Of a DNA stretch of 64,000 nt, positions 9,488 to 18,561 are shown one piece after another. This DNA is from an uncultured delta proteobacterium (GTDB lineage: Bacteria > Desulfobacterota > Binatia > UBA9968), in assembly GCA_963728565.1 (NCBI GenBank), contig CAVSLC010000004.1, forward strand, positions 32,250 to 96,249, in the 5' to 3' direction. The notes beneath the pieces were generated by a model. It was not told the DNA's origin and made no database searches. It saw only the letters and a program-made list of their open reading frames with translations. Made by a program: the position numbers and the translations under genes. Within the stretch, counting starts at the first letter, position 1. Each line of letters begins with the position of its first letter.

Positions 9488-10648
9488 ATGCGCATAGCAT
9501 ATGGTGATCTGATCGGCGGAATCAGTGGCGACATGTTCGTCGCCGCGATCCTGGACCTGGGGCTGTCTCTTGAAGTTCTAAATCGGGAATTGCGAAAAAT
9601 CCCCACATTGAAATTCGAACTCAATGTTGCAAAGAAAACCGTCCACTCGATTGCTGCGACACATTTTCAGGTAAAGCCGCCGAGCAATGAAGCGCCGCGC
9701 TCCTGGAAACAGATTCGCCAGCTCATGGAGACGAGCGAACTGGCCCAAGACGTCAAACAAACCAGCGTCAAGATCTTCCACCGTTTGGCCGAGGCCGAGG
9801 GAAAAATCCACGGTGTACCTGCGGAAGAAGTTCATTTTCACGAAGTGGGCGCAACCGATTCGATCGTCGACATCGTCGCAGCTGCAGTCGGCTTTCACGA
9901 GCTGAAGATCGACGCTGTGCATTTTTCCAAAGTACCGCTCGGACGCGCTTTGACGCACAGCGGCCATGGTCCGTTGCCGGTGCCGGGTCCTGCGACTCTG
10001 GAGCTGCTGAAAGGCATTCCGGTTCAGTGGGCTGCGCTCGAAGGCGAAACCGTCACTCCCACGGGAGCCGCGATCATGTCCGTGTTAGGAACCAGCTTTG
10101 GCGAACAACCGAGCATGACAGTGGAAAAAATCGGTTACGGCGCCGGACAGAAAGAATGGCCGGATCGTCCGAATGTAATTCGGCTTGTCCTCGGCGCCAT
10201 CATCGACTGGCGGCAAGAAGAAATGCTCGTCATCGAAAGCAACATCGACGACATGAACCCGCAGTTTTTCGAGCATGTCATGGATCGGCTGTTCGAGGCC
10301 GGCGCTCGAGATGTCTTTTTCTCGCCGATCCAAATGAAGAAAAACCGTCCCGCCGTGCTGGTGCGAGTTATCGCTGAGCCGCGCGATCGGGACAGGCTGG
10401 CGAGGATACTATTTGAGGAAACAACCACCATTGGCCTACGCTATCATTCGGTGGGCCGCATAATCCTCAACAGAACCGAGGCAACGATCAAAACACGCTT
10501 TGGCGATGTGAAGGTAAAAATCTTTCAGGAACCCGGCGGCGAAAAGCGCATCAACCCTGAATACGACGATTTAAAACGGATCGCCATCGAGAAAAAAATC
10601 CCGCTCAACGTCCTGCGGGACGAGATTGTAAAAAGCTTCAAGGATTAA
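9488..10648 (+). CDS. larC: LarC-family nickel insertion protein (DUF111)
   Basis: N-terminal IGGISGDMFVAAILDLG and the HFHEVGATDSIVDIVAAAVG motif are characteristic of LarC/UPF0272. Confidence 0.8.
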   Translation: MRIAYGDLIGGISGDMFVAAILDLGLSLEVLNRELRKIPTLKFELNVAKKTVHSIAATHFQVKPPSNEAPRSWKQIRQLMETSELAQDVKQTSVKIFHRLAEAEGKIHGVPAEEVHFHEVGATDSIVDIVAAAVGFHELKIDAVHFSKVPLGRALTHSGHGPLPVPGPATLELLKGIPVQWAALEGETVTPTGAAIMSVLGTSFGEQPSMTVEKIGYGAGQKEWPDRPNVIRLVLGAIIDWRQEEMLVIESNIDDMNPQFFEHVMDRLFEAGARDVFFSPIQMKKNRPAVLVRVIAEPRDRDRLARILFEETTTIGLRYHSVGRIILNRTEATIKTRFGDVKVKIFQEPGGEKRINPEYDDLKRIAIEKKIPLNVLRDEIVKSFKD

Positions 10649-10802
10649 CGAGGCCGTGCCTATCGGCAAATGTGACGGCGTGCTCGGCTCGGGCTCGGGA
10701 AGATACTCGCGTGGGCATCGGATAGTACCATCAAAAGGCTGTTCTCAATCGTGGAATCATGAGAAGGAATGAGAACAAGGCCACATCATGAGCTCTAGGC
10801 CA

Positions 10803-11528
10803 TCACCTAAGTGGTCGCCCACATAACACCGAATCTATGATCCGAAGATCAAATTGCTCCGCGAAAGAGTACGCGGCTTTATTGTAAGCATCTTCAGATG
10901 CGGCGGCGAACGGCAATTCTCCAGCACATCTCACTGCAGTGAGTGTCGAAAGAGCTTCACGGTTGGTCTCCGCCGCCAGCGATACGCCGCTTTCCAGCCG
11001 GTTCAAAACGTAACCAAGAACGCGTAGACCTTGGCAGCGGGCGTGTTCGAGCGTCAGCAGCAGATGATTGATCATACCGAGACGATTGGCGGCAATTACG
11101 ATAACCGGAAGTTTGAGAACTCTGGCCAAGTCAGCGTAGGTATAGCTGGGTAATAGCGGCACCATTAGTCCGCCAGCGCCTTCAACAAGAGTGATGTCGT
11201 GACCTGAACGGATCTCGTCATAAACATTCATCAATCTGTCGACTTCCAGTGTGATGCCTTGGCGTTGTGCCGCCACACTGGGCGCCAGCGGTTCACGCAA
11301 TTGATAAGGACATATTTTATCCAGCGGATCTTGAGAGGCGGACGCCTCTTTCAAAAGAATGGCGTCTTCGGGATAAAGTCTACCTTGTCGTTCAGCGCAG
11401 CCGCTTTCCGCCGGCTTCATCACGCCGACCCGGTATCCGGACTCACGCAGAAGGGCCGCCAGCTTGCACGCGAAAAAGGTTTTGCCGACGCCGGTGTCTG
11501 TGCCGGTGATGAAAACTCCCTTTCCCAT
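10803..11528 (-). CDS. bioD: dethiobiotin synthase
   Basis: P-loop GTDTGVGKT. 241 aa. Its start overlaps the bioA stop by 1 nt (TAATG). Confidence 0.85.
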   Translation of the reverse strand: MGKGVFITGTDTGVGKTFFACKLAALLRESGYRVGVMKPAESGCAERQGRLYPEDAILLKEASASQDPLDKICPYQLREPLAPSVAAQRQGITLEVDRLMNVYDEIRSGHDITLVEGAGGLMVPLLPSYTYADLARVLKLPVIVIAANRLGMINHLLLTLEHARCQGLRVLGYVLNRLESGVSLAAETNREALSTLTAVRCAGELPFAAASEDAYNKAAYSFAEQFDLRIIDSVLCGRPLR

Positions 11529-12886
11529 TAGTTTTCCGTCACGACGCGAATAGACTCGTGCACCGTATCCAAAAGTAAAGCGAGCTCGGCATCCGTAACC
11601 GATAGCGGTGGCATCAATATGATGATGTCTGCCAGGGGTCGGATCATGACATTGCGTTTGCGCGCTTCCATGATCACTTTGTGACCAATGCGCTTCTCAG
11701 CGGGATAACTTTTGCGGCTGGCCTTATCCTCGACCAGCTCGATGCCGACCATGAAACCCCATTGCCGCACATCGCTAACGTGCGCCAATGGCAGAAACTC
11801 TTCTCGGAGCCGCTTCTTTAAATACGAGATTCTCGGCTGCATGTTGTCGACGATGTTTTCTCTCTGGAATAACTCGAGATTCGCAAGCGCCGTCGCACAA
11901 CCGAGCGGATTGCCCGTGTAAGTATGGCCGTGAAAGAAGGTTTTATAATCTTTGTAGTCCCCTAGGAAGGCGGCAAAGACTTGTTCGCTGGTTAATGTCG
12001 CTGCCAGGGGCAGGTAGCCGCCGGTGATTCCTTTGGCCAGACAGACGATATCGGGCCTTATCCCCGCGTGATCGCACGCGAACATTTTCCCGGTGCGGCC
12101 GAACCCCGTCGCTACTTCATCCACCACTAACAGAACCCCATAGCGCCGGCAGATTTCATCGAGAGCTTGCAAATATTCCACGGGGTGGGCCCACATCCCC
12201 GCGGCTCCCTGCATAAGCGGCTCCACGACCAGAGCGGCCAGAGTATCTTTATTCCCGCTAATTTTTCTCTCCGCTTCATCGACAGCCGCATGAAGCGCCT
12301 CATCTCCGCTCATTTTCTGGTGGTAGCGAAAGACATGCGGCGGCGTGATTCGCACCACCGGAAACAGCAGGCTCTTGTGATAACGATGAAAGGTTTCCGA
12401 ATAGCCCATGCTCATGGAGCCGACGGTATCGCCGTGGTATGACTCCGTCAGAGTCGCAATCAGGGTGCGCTTGGCTTGTCCCTCTAACTGCCAGTACTGG
12501 ACCGCGATTTTGAGAGCCACTTCGACTGCCGTGGCGCCGCTGTCGGAATAGAAAACCCGCTGCAGTCCTGGAGGAGCCACTTCGATGAGCTTTTGCGCCA
12601 GCTCAATGCCGGGCACATGGCTCAGCCCAAGAAATGTCGAATGGGAAATGCGATCGAGCTGGCCGCGTATGGCATCGTCGAGCTCTTTTTTCCGATGCCC
12701 GTGAACGTTGCACCAAAGTGATGAAACTCCATCGAAATACCTGCGGCCGTTGATGTCGATCAGGTAATGCCCTTCGCCTTGGCTGATAATGCAGGGCTCC
12801 TCACCGATCCATTCCTGCATTTGCGTGAACGGATGCCAGAGGTATCTATGATCCAGCTGCTTGAGGTTGTCGTAGTATTGAGTCAT
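11528..12886 (-). CDS. bioA: adenosylmethionine-8-amino-7-oxononanoate aminotransferase
   Basis: 452-aa class-III aminotransferase with YLWHPFTQM, DEVATGFGRTGKMFA and LAKGITGGYLPLAA motifs. It lies in the bio operon. Confidence 0.9.
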   Translation of the reverse strand: MTQYYDNLKQLDHRYLWHPFTQMQEWIGEEPCIISQGEGHYLIDINGRRYFDGVSSLWCNVHGHRKKELDDAIRGQLDRISHSTFLGLSHVPGIELAQKLIEVAPPGLQRVFYSDSGATAVEVALKIAVQYWQLEGQAKRTLIATLTESYHGDTVGSMSMGYSETFHRYHKSLLFPVVRITPPHVFRYHQKMSGDEALHAAVDEAERKISGNKDTLAALVVEPLMQGAAGMWAHPVEYLQALDEICRRYGVLLVVDEVATGFGRTGKMFACDHAGIRPDIVCLAKGITGGYLPLAATLTSEQVFAAFLGDYKDYKTFFHGHTYTGNPLGCATALANLELFQRENIVDNMQPRISYLKKRLREEFLPLAHVSDVRQWGFMVGIELVEDKASRKSYPAEKRIGHKVIMEARKRNVMIRPLADIIILMPPLSVTDAELALLLDTVHESIRVVTEN

Positions 12887-12899
12887 TGCGGCTTGATCG

Positions 12900-14054
12900 C
12901 TAATGAACCGCTGCGAATGCCTCGAGCGCTCGATCTATTTGATGTGATGTATGTGTCGCCATAAGCGTGATCCGCAACCGCGACGTTCCTGGCGGCACTG
13001 TCGGTGGACGGATGCCCTGAGCAAAAATACCGCGATCGAGCAATCGTTCCGACAGGCGCATACACTGATCGGCATCGCCGATCATCAGCGGCAAGATCTG
13101 GCTTCGGCTGTCACCCAGCGAATATCCTAATCTCGCCAATCCATCTCGGACTCTCGCGCAATTATAGCGCAACACACGCCGCCTTTCGGGCTCATGCTTG
13201 ATCAATTCAAGAGCGGCAACGCCCATCGCCATGACAACAGGCGGCAGCGATGTCGTGAATATAAAACTGCGGCAACGATTGATCAGCAGCTCACGCAGTG
13301 CCACGCTACCCGCGACGTATGCGCCAAACCCTCCCAGCGCTTTGCCGAGGGTGCCCATCTGCACGAGCACGCGCTCGCCTAGCCGCAATTGCGAAACGAG
13401 GCCGGCGCCGTCGGGTTCGTACACGCCCGTGGCATGCGCCTCATCGACCATGGTCATGGCATCGTATCTTTCCGACAGCTCGACAATCTGTTTCAGCGGC
13501 GCTTCGTCCCCGTCCATGCTGAAAAGGGATTCGGTGACGATCAACTTACGCGAGCTGCGCGGCGCGTGCCTCAGGCCATCTTCCAGTTGATCGACATCGC
13601 AATGCCCGTATACGACAATTTTCGCCCGCGATAGGCGGCAACCATCGATGATGCTGGCGTGATTGAGCGCATCGCTGAAAACCACATCGCCATCGCCGAC
13701 CAGGGTGGGGATGATTCCTGTGTTGGCTTGGAAACCGGAATTGAAGATCAGTGCGGACTCGGTCCCTTTCAATTGAGCAAGCTTGATTTCAAGCTCTTCA
13801 TGCAGAGTCATGTTCCCGGAAATCAGACGCGAGGCGCCCGACCCGCAGCCGTAACGGCCGAGCGCATCCGTTGCGGCTTTCCTCAGGGCCGGGTGATTGG
13901 CCAATCCCAGATAGTTGTTTGACGAGAAGTTTAACACTTCGCGGCCATCGACCATCAAAGTCGGGCCTTGTTCGCCCTCTACAGACCGAAGACGGCGAAA
14001 TAGCGACGCCGATTTGAGAGCTTGCAGTTCGTCCTCGATAAATTGCGGCATCAT
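12900..14054 (-). CDS. bioF: 8-amino-7-oxononanoate synthase
   Basis: 384-aa alpha-oxoamine synthase with NNYLGLANHP, DEAHATG and GTLGKALG (PLP lysine) motifs. It is adjacent to bioA. Confidence 0.85.
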   Translation of the reverse strand: MMPQFIEDELQALKSASLFRRLRSVEGEQGPTLMVDGREVLNFSSNNYLGLANHPALRKAATDALGRYGCGSGASRLISGNMTLHEELEIKLAQLKGTESALIFNSGFQANTGIIPTLVGDGDVVFSDALNHASIIDGCRLSRAKIVVYGHCDVDQLEDGLRHAPRSSRKLIVTESLFSMDGDEAPLKQIVELSERYDAMTMVDEAHATGVYEPDGAGLVSQLRLGERVLVQMGTLGKALGGFGAYVAGSVALRELLINRCRSFIFTTSLPPVVMAMGVAALELIKHEPERRRVLRYNCARVRDGLARLGYSLGDSRSQILPLMIGDADQCMRLSERLLDRGIFAQGIRPPTVPPGTSRLRITLMATHTSHQIDRALEAFAAVH

Positions 14055-14146
14055 TTGGTGTGAACTAATAATACAGAGGTACTGTCACCGCAAGACGAGA
14101 TCGTGATGGATCGGTCGGCAGTTGATTGAAACCACGGTAGAGACGT

Positions 14147-14806
14147 TCACGCGGCCGACAAGCTCTCTAGCTTCCGCTTAACCAGTTTCAGCTCGGAAGC
14201 AAAACGACGGTACTCTTGTTCGCGCTCGTCGTTGTCGCGCTGCCGAAGAATGGCAGATGGATGAATGGTGACAAAGGTAAGTTTACCGAAAACGGAGTCG
14301 ATAAACTTGCCGCGCTCTTTCAGGATCGCTACAGACTTACCGATAACCGACTGTGCGGCCGTAGCCCCGAGGCAGACAAGAATCTCGGGCTGCACTACTG
14401 CTATTTCGACCTCGAGCCATGGCCTGCATGCAACGACCTGGCGAACAGAAGGCTTCTGATGCAGGCGCCGCTTGCCACGCCAGATCCACTTAAAGTGCTT
14501 CACCGCATTGGTCACGTAAACTTCATCGCGGGAAATTCGCGCGTCTTCCAGCGCCCGGTCAAGCATGCGGCCGGCCGGACCTACGAAGGGTTCACCTTTC
14601 TGATCTTCTATGTCGCCAGGCTGCTCACCCACCAGCATCACACTTGCATGGCCGGGCCCATCGCCAAAAACGGTCTGAGTGGCATTGAGGTAGAGATCAC
14701 ATCCTTTACACGATTTTGCCGCCTGCCGGAGAGATTCGAGCGAACGGTTTCGGGGCAAGAAATCGCTGGCCGAAATGTTTCCGGCTTTTTCGATCACCAC
14801 ACGCAA
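14147..14806 (-). CDS. udgX: family-4-related uracil-DNA glycosylase of the UdgX type
   Basis: Motif A is GEQPG rather than the family-4 GEAPG. A VTNAVKHFKW...GKRRLHQKP loop is encoded at 14459..14473 (KRRLH). Also present: ACRPWL, LGATAA and motif B HPSAILR. Confidence 0.8.
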   Translation of the reverse strand: MRVVIEKAGNISASDFLPRNRSLESLRQAAKSCKGCDLYLNATQTVFGDGPGHASVMLVGEQPGDIEDQKGEPFVGPAGRMLDRALEDARISRDEVYVTNAVKHFKWIWRGKRRLHQKPSVRQVVACRPWLEVEIAVVQPEILVCLGATAAQSVIGKSVAILKERGKFIDSVFGKLTFVTIHPSAILRQRDNDEREQEYRRFASELKLVKRKLESLSAA

Positions 14807-14973
14807 AGCCTATCACTTGCACAGTTTGAGTCTAGATAGCTGGCTGGCTGGCATTATTAATCTATGAAGGATCGCCCCGTGCTTGCGTTTGTCCTGGCAA
14901 CACCCGTTTAGTTTGCTACTTTCGCTCGCGCTGGATTAAACTCTTCTGACAAACTTATTGGACAGAAAGATAA

Positions 14974-16335
14974 ATGGCCAAACCCAAAACATTTTACGCC
15001 TGTCAGAGCTGCGGCTATCGAGCGCCCAAGTGGCTGGGCAAATGTCCCGACTGCAATCAATGGAACAGCTTTGCTGAGGAGAGGCTTGAAAGAGCAACCA
15101 GCGTACGCGGTGAACTCAGCCTCGGAACCAAAGAAGATCCGGCCCCGATTCATGAAATCAACACGGCAGAAGAAGGCCGTCTGCAATGTGGAATCGGCGA
15201 GTTCGATCGAGTATTGGGCGGCGGTCTGGTGCCGGGATCGGTTATTCTCATCGGCGGCGATCCCGGCATTGGCAAATCGACCCTGTTACTGCAGGCATTT
15301 GCCGCGATAAGCCAGAAAGGACTTACTTGCCTTTATGTCTCGGGCGAAGAATCACCGCGGCAAATCAAAATGCGCGCCGAACGATTGGGCATCGTCGCGC
15401 CCAATCTGCTCGTTCTCAGTGAAACCTCTTTGGAGAGAATCATAGAGCATGTCAAGCACATCCAACCCGGGCTGCTCGTCATCGATTCGATCCAAACTAT
15501 TTTCAGTCCGACGATTCCATCCGCGCCCGGCAGCATAGCCCAGGTGAGAGAAAGCTCTGGCTCAATCATCGTGCTGGCGAAAAAGACCGGCCTAACGACT
15601 TTCTTAATCGGTCACGTTACCAAGGACGGCGCCATCGCCGGCCCGCGCCTGCTCGAGCACATGGTCGACACCGTGCTTTATTTCGAGGGCGAGCGCGGCC
15701 ATTCGTTCCGTGTTCTGCGCGCCGTCAAGAATCGTTTCGGCTCGACCAATGAAATCGGCGTATTTGAAATGAAGGAAGCGGGACTCAAAGAGGTTAGCAA
15801 TCCCTCCGAAATCTTCCTGATGGAGCGCCCGCTTCAGGTCCCGGGTTCGGCGGTGGTCTGCAGCATCGAAGGCACACGACCAATTTTGGTAGAGCTCCAG
15901 GCGCTGGTGAGTCGATCGTTCCTAGCCGTGCCTCGGCGGACCACCATCGGCGTAGATCACAACCGGGTCGCTTTGCTCGTCGCGGTTCTTGAAAAAAAGA
16001 TGGGCGCCAAGCTTTTCGATCAGGATATTTTCGTCAACGTTGCCGGCGGCGTTCATGTCGACGAGCCGGCGGTCGACCTCGGGATCGTCGCTGCAATCGC
16101 TTCGAGCAGCCGCGAGAACGTTCTCGATCCGAAAACAGTTTTCTTCGGAGAAGTCGGTTTGGCCGGAGAGATCCGGGGCATCTCTCAAGCCGAAACCCGA
16201 ATCAAGGAAGCAGGAAAATTAGGCTTTGAACGATGCATTCTTCCCGCCAGCAACAGCGCACAACTCCAACATATCAAACATCCCAAATTGTCGGGGGTGA
16301 GCTCCCTATCCGAGTGCTGGAAGGTGATGTTCTAG
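14974..16335 (+). CDS. radA: DNA repair protein RadA/Sms
   Basis: N-terminal zinc ribbon (CQSCGY...CPDC), Walker A GDPGIGKST, the KNRFG motif and a C-terminal Lon-like domain. Confidence 0.95.
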   Translation: MAKPKTFYACQSCGYRAPKWLGKCPDCNQWNSFAEERLERATSVRGELSLGTKEDPAPIHEINTAEEGRLQCGIGEFDRVLGGGLVPGSVILIGGDPGIGKSTLLLQAFAAISQKGLTCLYVSGEESPRQIKMRAERLGIVAPNLLVLSETSLERIIEHVKHIQPGLLVIDSIQTIFSPTIPSAPGSIAQVRESSGSIIVLAKKTGLTTFLIGHVTKDGAIAGPRLLEHMVDTVLYFEGERGHSFRVLRAVKNRFGSTNEIGVFEMKEAGLKEVSNPSEIFLMERPLQVPGSAVVCSIEGTRPILVELQALVSRSFLAVPRRTTIGVDHNRVALLVAVLEKKMGAKLFDQDIFVNVAGGVHVDEPAVDLGIVAAIASSSRENVLDPKTVFFGEVGLAGEIRGISQAETRIKEAGKLGFERCILPASNSAQLQHIKHPKLSGVSSLSECWKVMF

Positions 16336-16523
16336 ACATTGATTTATCGTGGGAGCGTCGATGGTGGTGATCCACCGTCAATCCAAATGCGCTATGCGCG
16401 TGCGAGTGAAAATCGCATTGAGAAAAACGGGCGATCGTTTTAGATTTTGGCTGCTTATCATCAATCCTTTCACCACCTCCTCTTGTATCCGAAACCATGC
16501 TTGGTTATTAATAATACCGCCGT

Positions 16524-16609
16524 GCCGGAGTGGTGGAATGGCAGACGCGCCGGACTCAAAATCCGGTAGGGGAAACCCTGTGTGGGTTCAAGTCCCACCT
16601 CCGGCACCA
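16524..16609 (+). tRNA. tRNA-Leu (anticodon CAA), with encoded CCA
   Basis: 7-bp acceptor stem GCCGGAG/CTCCGGC. Anticodon stem-loop CCGGA-CUCAAAA-UCCGG. Long variable arm (class II tRNA). T-arm GTGGG-TTCAAGT-CCCAC. Discriminator A followed by CCA. Confidence 0.9.
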
Positions 16610-16772
16610 AGTTTTTCAGTTCCTTAGTTGGCGCGCCTGTCGCTGCGCCTCGGCCAGATTGCAGTTGGACTATGCAGGTATCTTCCCTGCCATTGAACCA
16701 CACGTCAACAGTATTGCCCTTGCCGCTCGAATGCTCGTTTAGCGATCGCTCAAACAGCTCAAACAGCTCCTC

Positions 16773-18101
16773 TTATGATGATGCCGAGCGAACTTGTCGC
16801 ATATTTCCGGCAAAGGGAGAGTTAACTAATTCAGTTTCGGGTCCAAGAAATGAGGGGACAGTTTGGCCTTCGATAGCAGGAGCGGAGCGTGTCAAGTCCA
16901 TCCCTACCTGCCGCCGAATTTCCAACGACCTGCCGCGCGATGCGGTTCGGGCCGCAGCCAACCATTCCAGCAGCGCCGCCAAAGCAATCATGATCGCGAT
17001 GCCGGTCGCAGATACCGCCAACTGCATCGGCCATCGGCCGAAGACTTCGTTCAGTATCACATGTCCGAACACCGCGAGTACGGCACTAAGGCAGAAAATA
17101 TGAAGCGAGTGACGTCCGCAGAGAACAAAAGGGCGCGCAACTTGACTAGCAAAGAACCGCCCCTGGGGATGAATCATGTGTCCTACCAACAACGCTAGGG
17201 CGAATATGTTCAGGAAACGAATCAATCCTAGATTCGTCTTACTCAAGAACAGCCACAGCGGCTCGCCTGGGATAGGACTTTTTATCGTACCGTAGAAGCC
17301 TTGCAGCGTCCAATTGAACCTAATCAAGAATCCGGCGACCACGAAGCCTGCGGCAAGGTAGATCCGCCAGCGACGGTCAAGCCAAAAAGCCTTCGCATGG
17401 TTGCTTCGCCAACCCAGCCAAGCACCCAGATAGAAAAGCGCTTGCCATGCGAACGGATTGAAACCCCAGTCCGCTGAGCCAGGCCACGCTGGCGGTGCAA
17501 TCCAGCCATAGAACTGTACCGCAACCCAGAGCGATAAGGACGCGAGGATCACGGGCTCCGGCCGGAACCGGAATCCGGCGAGCACTATGGGAAGGAATCC
17601 GAGACAGACAATGTAAAGCGGCAGGATATCCATGAAGCCCGGCTGAAATTGCAGCAACAATACTTTCGCCAGCGCGCGGCCAGGCTCCTGGAAAAAGAGT
17701 GGCGTGCCGATGAAATAATCAATGTAACGCGAAGTACTGAGGAGATCGGCGGTGTAGGAAATGGTCGCTATAAGCGTTACGAACAGGACGATGTTGGCAA
17801 CATACAGCTGCCACACGCGGTAGTACACTCGAATTCCGGTCGTCAAAAAACCCTCGCGCTCGATGCTGCGACTGTAAACGGTGCCTGCGGTGAAGCCGGA
17901 AACAAAGACGAAGACCTCAGCGGCGTCAGCGCACATCACTGCCTGAAGCGTGAACCACGCCAGAATGTTCCCCGGGATGTGACAGATAAAAATGGAGAAA
18001 AGAGCTAGGCCACGGAAAAAATCGAGCCGGAGGTCGCGCTCAGTGGCTATTGGGCCTCTTTCGCCGGTGAAGAGCGCCCACAATATGTGTAGTCTTGGCA
18101 T
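16773..18101 (-). CDS. OpgC-like / acyltransferase-3-like polytopic membrane protein
   Basis: 442 aa with about 10 TM segments. The N-terminal RDLRLDFFRGLALFSIFICHIPGN resembles OpgC-family proteins. Confidence 0.55.
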   Translation of the reverse strand: MPRLHILWALFTGERGPIATERDLRLDFFRGLALFSIFICHIPGNILAWFTLQAVMCADAAEVFVFVSGFTAGTVYSRSIEREGFLTTGIRVYYRVWQLYVANIVLFVTLIATISYTADLLSTSRYIDYFIGTPLFFQEPGRALAKVLLLQFQPGFMDILPLYIVCLGFLPIVLAGFRFRPEPVILASLSLWVAVQFYGWIAPPAWPGSADWGFNPFAWQALFYLGAWLGWRSNHAKAFWLDRRWRIYLAAGFVVAGFLIRFNWTLQGFYGTIKSPIPGEPLWLFLSKTNLGLIRFLNIFALALLVGHMIHPQGRFFASQVARPFVLCGRHSLHIFCLSAVLAVFGHVILNEVFGRWPMQLAVSATGIAIMIALAALLEWLAAARTASRGRSLEIRRQVGMDLTRSAPAIEGQTVPSFLGPETELVNSPFAGNMRQVRSASS

Positions 18102-18561
18102 ACGTGCGGACTTCCCAGAAAAGCCGCACCGCTAAGGCTGTGCCAGTGCCTTTCGCCGGACACGTACGGAAGGTGCCGCTTAAAACATGACAATTCTGTA
18201 ACGGAAAAAGCCCGTGTTTCAGGAATTCGCGTGAAAAGGGTCGTCTAGCCCGAAACGTACACGTAAATGCCCCAACCCGCCACATAGATCGATCCTACTA
18301 ACGCCACGGAGCTTATCCGAGTAACGTTTCCTGATCAAAGGGAACATTCAGCCCGCTGCGCCTGGGCGCATTTGCTAGTGACTATGAGCATTCCGCGGAA
18401 CTGATCATGTAGAAAGCGGTGATATACGGCGTTCTTCAATCAGTCACCTACGAAGCCGCACTAATCGGATAGATCGGTAAATCAATCATGCCAAATAAAG
18501 AAAATAATTGACAACAACTGACAACTTGCTCCAATATATGCCAAGCATTTAGGAGGAACTC

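Noticed and set aside
10803-14054. Absence of bioB, bioC and bioH from the bio operon, considered as an anomaly.
   Set aside because: Split bio loci are common, so nothing in the window suggests anything unusual.
14216-14839. Long antisense ORFs inside well-supported genes. Examples: 14216..14839 (+) opposite udgX, 34189..34917 (+) opposite recD2, 30950..31582 (-), 41778..42452 (-), 49181..49816 (-), 58131..59027 (+), 61829..62476 (-).
   Set aside because: These are shadow ORFs typical of GC-rich DNA. Their translations are R/A/G/P-rich with no recognisable motifs. In each case the opposite strand encodes a protein with clear family signatures.
18232-18254. GGAAT-N15-CGTCTAG upstream of the HAF-repeat gene, considered as an ECF-type promoter.
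   Set aside because: The -35, spacer length and last -10 base all differ, and it lies about 320 nt from the start codon. The match is too weak.
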